Source: an uncultured Gemmatimonadaceae bacterium (GTDB lineage Bacteria; Gemmatimonadota; Gemmatimonadetes; Longimicrobiales; RSA9). From it: a stretch of DNA of 54,898 nt. The stretch lies in the NCBI GenBank assembly GCA_964391035.1, contig CAYMLW010000001.1, forward strand, positions 1 to 54,898. Reading direction: 5' to 3'. The position numbers and the translations under genes were made by a program. Positions 53,060 through 54,898 of the stretch are shown here, piece by piece. A model generated the notes under the pieces. The model worked only from the letters and a program-made list of their open reading frames with translations, was not told the origin of the DNA and made no database searches. Each line of letters begins with the position of its first letter. Position 1 is the first letter of the stretch.

Positions 53060-53311
53060 GGCACCATTCACGACGGAGCTGCACGAATCGACCGGGAAGC
53101 GATCGTGATCGCCGAGGTGACCGAGCGCCTGGCCCGGGCCATGGGCGGCGACCCCGTCGTCGAGAATCGCCCCGACGGCGGCGCCCGCTCCACTGTGCGC
53201 CTGCCGCTGGAACAGGATGGCCTCGAGCATGCGGGGTCGCGCGAGACTGCGACTGGCGGTACTCTCACCACTGTTCCTTCCAACGAAGCCCGATCGAGCA
53301 TCGATGTCTGA
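53060..53311 (+). pseudogene. C-terminal remnant of a histidine kinase HATPase_c domain
   Basis: The frame opens at the first codon after the DUF3179 stop and reads ...REAIVIAEVTERLARAMGGDPVVENRPDGGARSTVRLPLEQ, the last ~40 residues of a GHKL kinase domain. There are no H-box or N/G1 boxes and no plausible start. Confidence 0.5.
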
Positions 53312-53888
53312 GCACACGCGCGCCGACGAACCCGGGGCCGCGCCCCCCGCCTGGATCGACACCGTCGCTCCGGAGGACGCCGATGGCACCCTCGCCGAAG
53401 TCTACCGGCGGATCGGCGGCCGGTCCGGCCTTGTGTCCCATATCCTCCGCTGCCAGTCGCTCCATCCCGAGGGTCTGCGTGACCACTACGCCCTCTACCG
53501 GACGGTCATGTTCGACCGCGGCGCCCTTTCACGGGCCGAGCGCGAGTCCATCGCCGTGGTGGTTTCGGCGGTAAACCGGTGCCGCTACTGAATCGAACAG
53601 CACGGGGCGGCGCTCCGTCAGGTCACGCGGGACGAAGATCTCGTGCGGTCCCTCTCCGAGGACTGGCGTGCGGCCGACCTCGATGAGCGACTCCGCGCCA
53701 TCCTCACCTTTGCGGAGAAGCTCACCCTTCGCCCGCAGGAGGTCCGGCGAGACGATCACCGGCCTCTGCACGAGGCCGGGCTGGACGACCGGGGGATCCT
53801 GGAGGTCGTCGAGGTGACCGCCTACTTCGCCTTCGTGAACCGTCTCGCGGACGGGCTCGGTGTCTCCCTCGAAGGTGGAGGCCGGTAG
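53304..53888 (+). CDS. AhpD-core / carboxymuconolactone-decarboxylase-family 'peroxidase-related' protein with an in-frame TGA at 53589-53591 (candidate Sec codon, or a nonsense pseudogene)
   Basis: Track ORFs 53217..53591 and 53643..53888 share one frame and are interrupted only by the TGA. The motif reads VNRCRY[TGA]IEQH, against the family signature CxxCxxxH. The downstream part (AEKLTLRP...AYFAFVNRLADGLGV) is intact. Confidence 0.75.
53602..53618 (+). other. Hairpin 10 nt downstream of the in-frame TGA (SECIS-like position)
   Basis: ACGGGGC-GGC-GCTCCGT: 7 bp including one G-T pair, with a G-containing triloop. The apical loop lies about 20 nt from the U of the UGA. Confidence 0.3.
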
Positions 53889-53963
53889 GTCGGAACCATT
53901 CCGCCGGTGTCTCTGTTGGCGTACCGGAGCTGGGGACCATCGGGCAACAGGAGGAGACGCGGT

Positions 53964-54320
53964 ATGGCGAAGATCTCGGTCGTGGTGCTGGCAGGCACCG
54001 AATCGCATTCGGATCTCGGGCGGGTGCTGAACGCCCTCGAGCTGGTGAAGGAGGCGGCCCAGGAGGGGGACCGGACGGAGCTCGTGTTCGACGGCGCGGG
54101 CGTGCAATGGATCCCCGAGCTCAGCGACCCGGAGCACAAGCTGCACGGCATCTATGAGGACGTGCGCGGGTTCGTCGCCGGGGCATGCCAGTTCTGCGCG
54201 AACGCGTTCGAGGTGAAGGAGCAGGTGCAGGACGCGGACGTGGCGCTGCTGGGCGAGTTCGAGGGACACCCGAGCCTGCGGCAGCGCGTGGCAGACGGCT
54301 TCGAGATCGTCACGTTCTGA
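53964..54320 (+). CDS. DsrE/DsrF-like family protein (118 aa)
   Basis: Track ORF 53907..54320 trimmed to ATG 53964, preceded by AGGAGGAG. MAKISVVVLAGTESHSDLGRVLNALELV...AGACQFCANAF... fits the DsrE-like fold. Confidence 0.75.
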   Translation: MAKISVVVLAGTESHSDLGRVLNALELVKEAAQEGDRTELVFDGAGVQWIPELSDPEHKLHGIYEDVRGFVAGACQFCANAFEVKEQVQDADVALLGEFEGHPSLRQRVADGFEIVTF

Positions 54321-54342
54321 CGAAGGTCCAGTGCAGAATTCT

Positions 54343-54380
54343 GAGCCGGCGCGCCCCTGGTGCGTCGGCTCTTCTGCTGC
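54343..54380 (+). terminator. Possible intrinsic terminator after the DsrE-like gene
   Basis: GAGCCGGCGC...GTGCGTCGGCTC forms a 10-11 bp stem (54343-54371), followed by TTCTGCTGC. The T-tract is weak. Confidence 0.4.
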
Positions 54381-54463
54381 TGGCCGCCATGGCGGCGGAA
54401 CCCTCCCGCAGGCGATCCGGTTCGAGCCACGAGACGAGTACCCCATCGAGCAACGGAGGCTCT

Positions 54464-54898
54464 CATGACGCCGGCCATCAAAGCCGCGGGCAGCATCCTG
54501 ACGTTCACGACGATCACCCTTCTGGCTGCGTGCGCGGACGCGGGCGACGCGGCGGACACCGACCAGCAGGCCCGGCCGCCAGCGGAGGCCACGACCACCG
54601 CGGAGGCCGAGCCGCGGGCCGCCGCCCCCGACACCACGGCCGGGGCGGTTTGGGCGTTCCTCGAAAGTCAAGCGTACCGGGAGAACTGGCGTCTCTGGCC
54701 CGGCAAGGACCGGCTGTATCCGGGTACGGAGCCCCACGGCATGCTCCTCACCACCTACGCGAACAGCACCGCCTACCAGGCGCTGCAGGACGACCAGGTG
54801 ACGGACCTGCCGGCGGGTTCGATCATCGTGAAGGAGAACTGGATGCCGGACTCGACCTTTGCGGCTGCGACCGTGATGTACAAGGTCGACGGCTACAA
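54464..54898 (+). CDS. Cytochrome P460-family lipoprotein (5' partial; runs off the window)
   Basis: Not in the track because it has no stop. ATG 54464 follows GGAGG. Lipobox LLAA|C. ...WRLWPGKDRLYPGTEPHGMLLTTYANSTAYQAL...GSIIVKENW... is typical of the P460 domain. The C-terminal CxxCH would lie beyond the window. Confidence 0.7.

Overview
This is a very GC-rich chromosomal segment of about 54.9 kb; third codon positions are almost all G/C. It comes from a diderm bacterium, as shown by the Kdo transferase, heptosyltransferase, ArnT-like and PAP2 lipid A genes and an Omp85-type barrel. The ADOP orphan permease and the TolB-propeller Ser/Thr kinase are most reminiscent of Gemmatimonadota or Acidobacteriota, but that is inference only.

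I support about 55 protein-coding genes. Most of the long six-frame ORFs in the track are GC-driven shadow ORFs, or N-terminal over-extensions of the real genes. I recognised no rRNA, credible tRNA, CRISPR array, transposase, integrase or phage gene.

Content, in order:
- Start of window to 26 kb: OsmC, an ArsR regulator, a thioredoxin-VKOR fusion, rocD, a Na/Pi cotransporter with a PhoU-like gene, glnA, an ADOP permease, an OPT transporter, a YeiH-family transporter, and a membrane-protein/Omp85 pair. Then come an ECF sigma / zinc anti-sigma module with a hydrolase-OsmC fusion and a flavodoxin-like reductase.
- 26.7-34.4 kb: a divergent LPS-core / lipid A remodelling cluster.
- 34.4-50 kb: an MFS pump and patatin. 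An APC-permease/CNNM/CNNM operon follows, joined by GTGA overlaps, then the Ser/Thr kinase.
- 51-54.9 kb: a second diverged copy of the sigma/anti-sigma module with a DUF3179 gene, an AhpD-like gene, a DsrE-like gene and a partial cytochrome P460 gene.

Most notable observations:
1. The AhpD/CMD-family gene at 53304-53888 has an in-frame TGA exactly on the second Cys of its CxxCxxxH motif, with a hairpin 10 nt downstream. It is a candidate selenoprotein or a very recent nonsense mutation.
2. The second sigma/anti-sigma/DUF3179 module lies exactly between a PAS-domain remnant and a histidine-kinase C-terminal remnant, as if it replaced the core of a sensor kinase gene.
3. There are several other decayed genes: TerC, a beta-lactamase-family gene, and a frameshifted region after the YeiH-family gene.
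4. A thiol-redox theme runs through the window: OsmC twice, Trx-VKOR, RsrA-like anti-sigma twice, and CGGC, AhpD-like and DsrE-like proteins.

All family assignments come from reading the translated sequences from memory. No database search was run.
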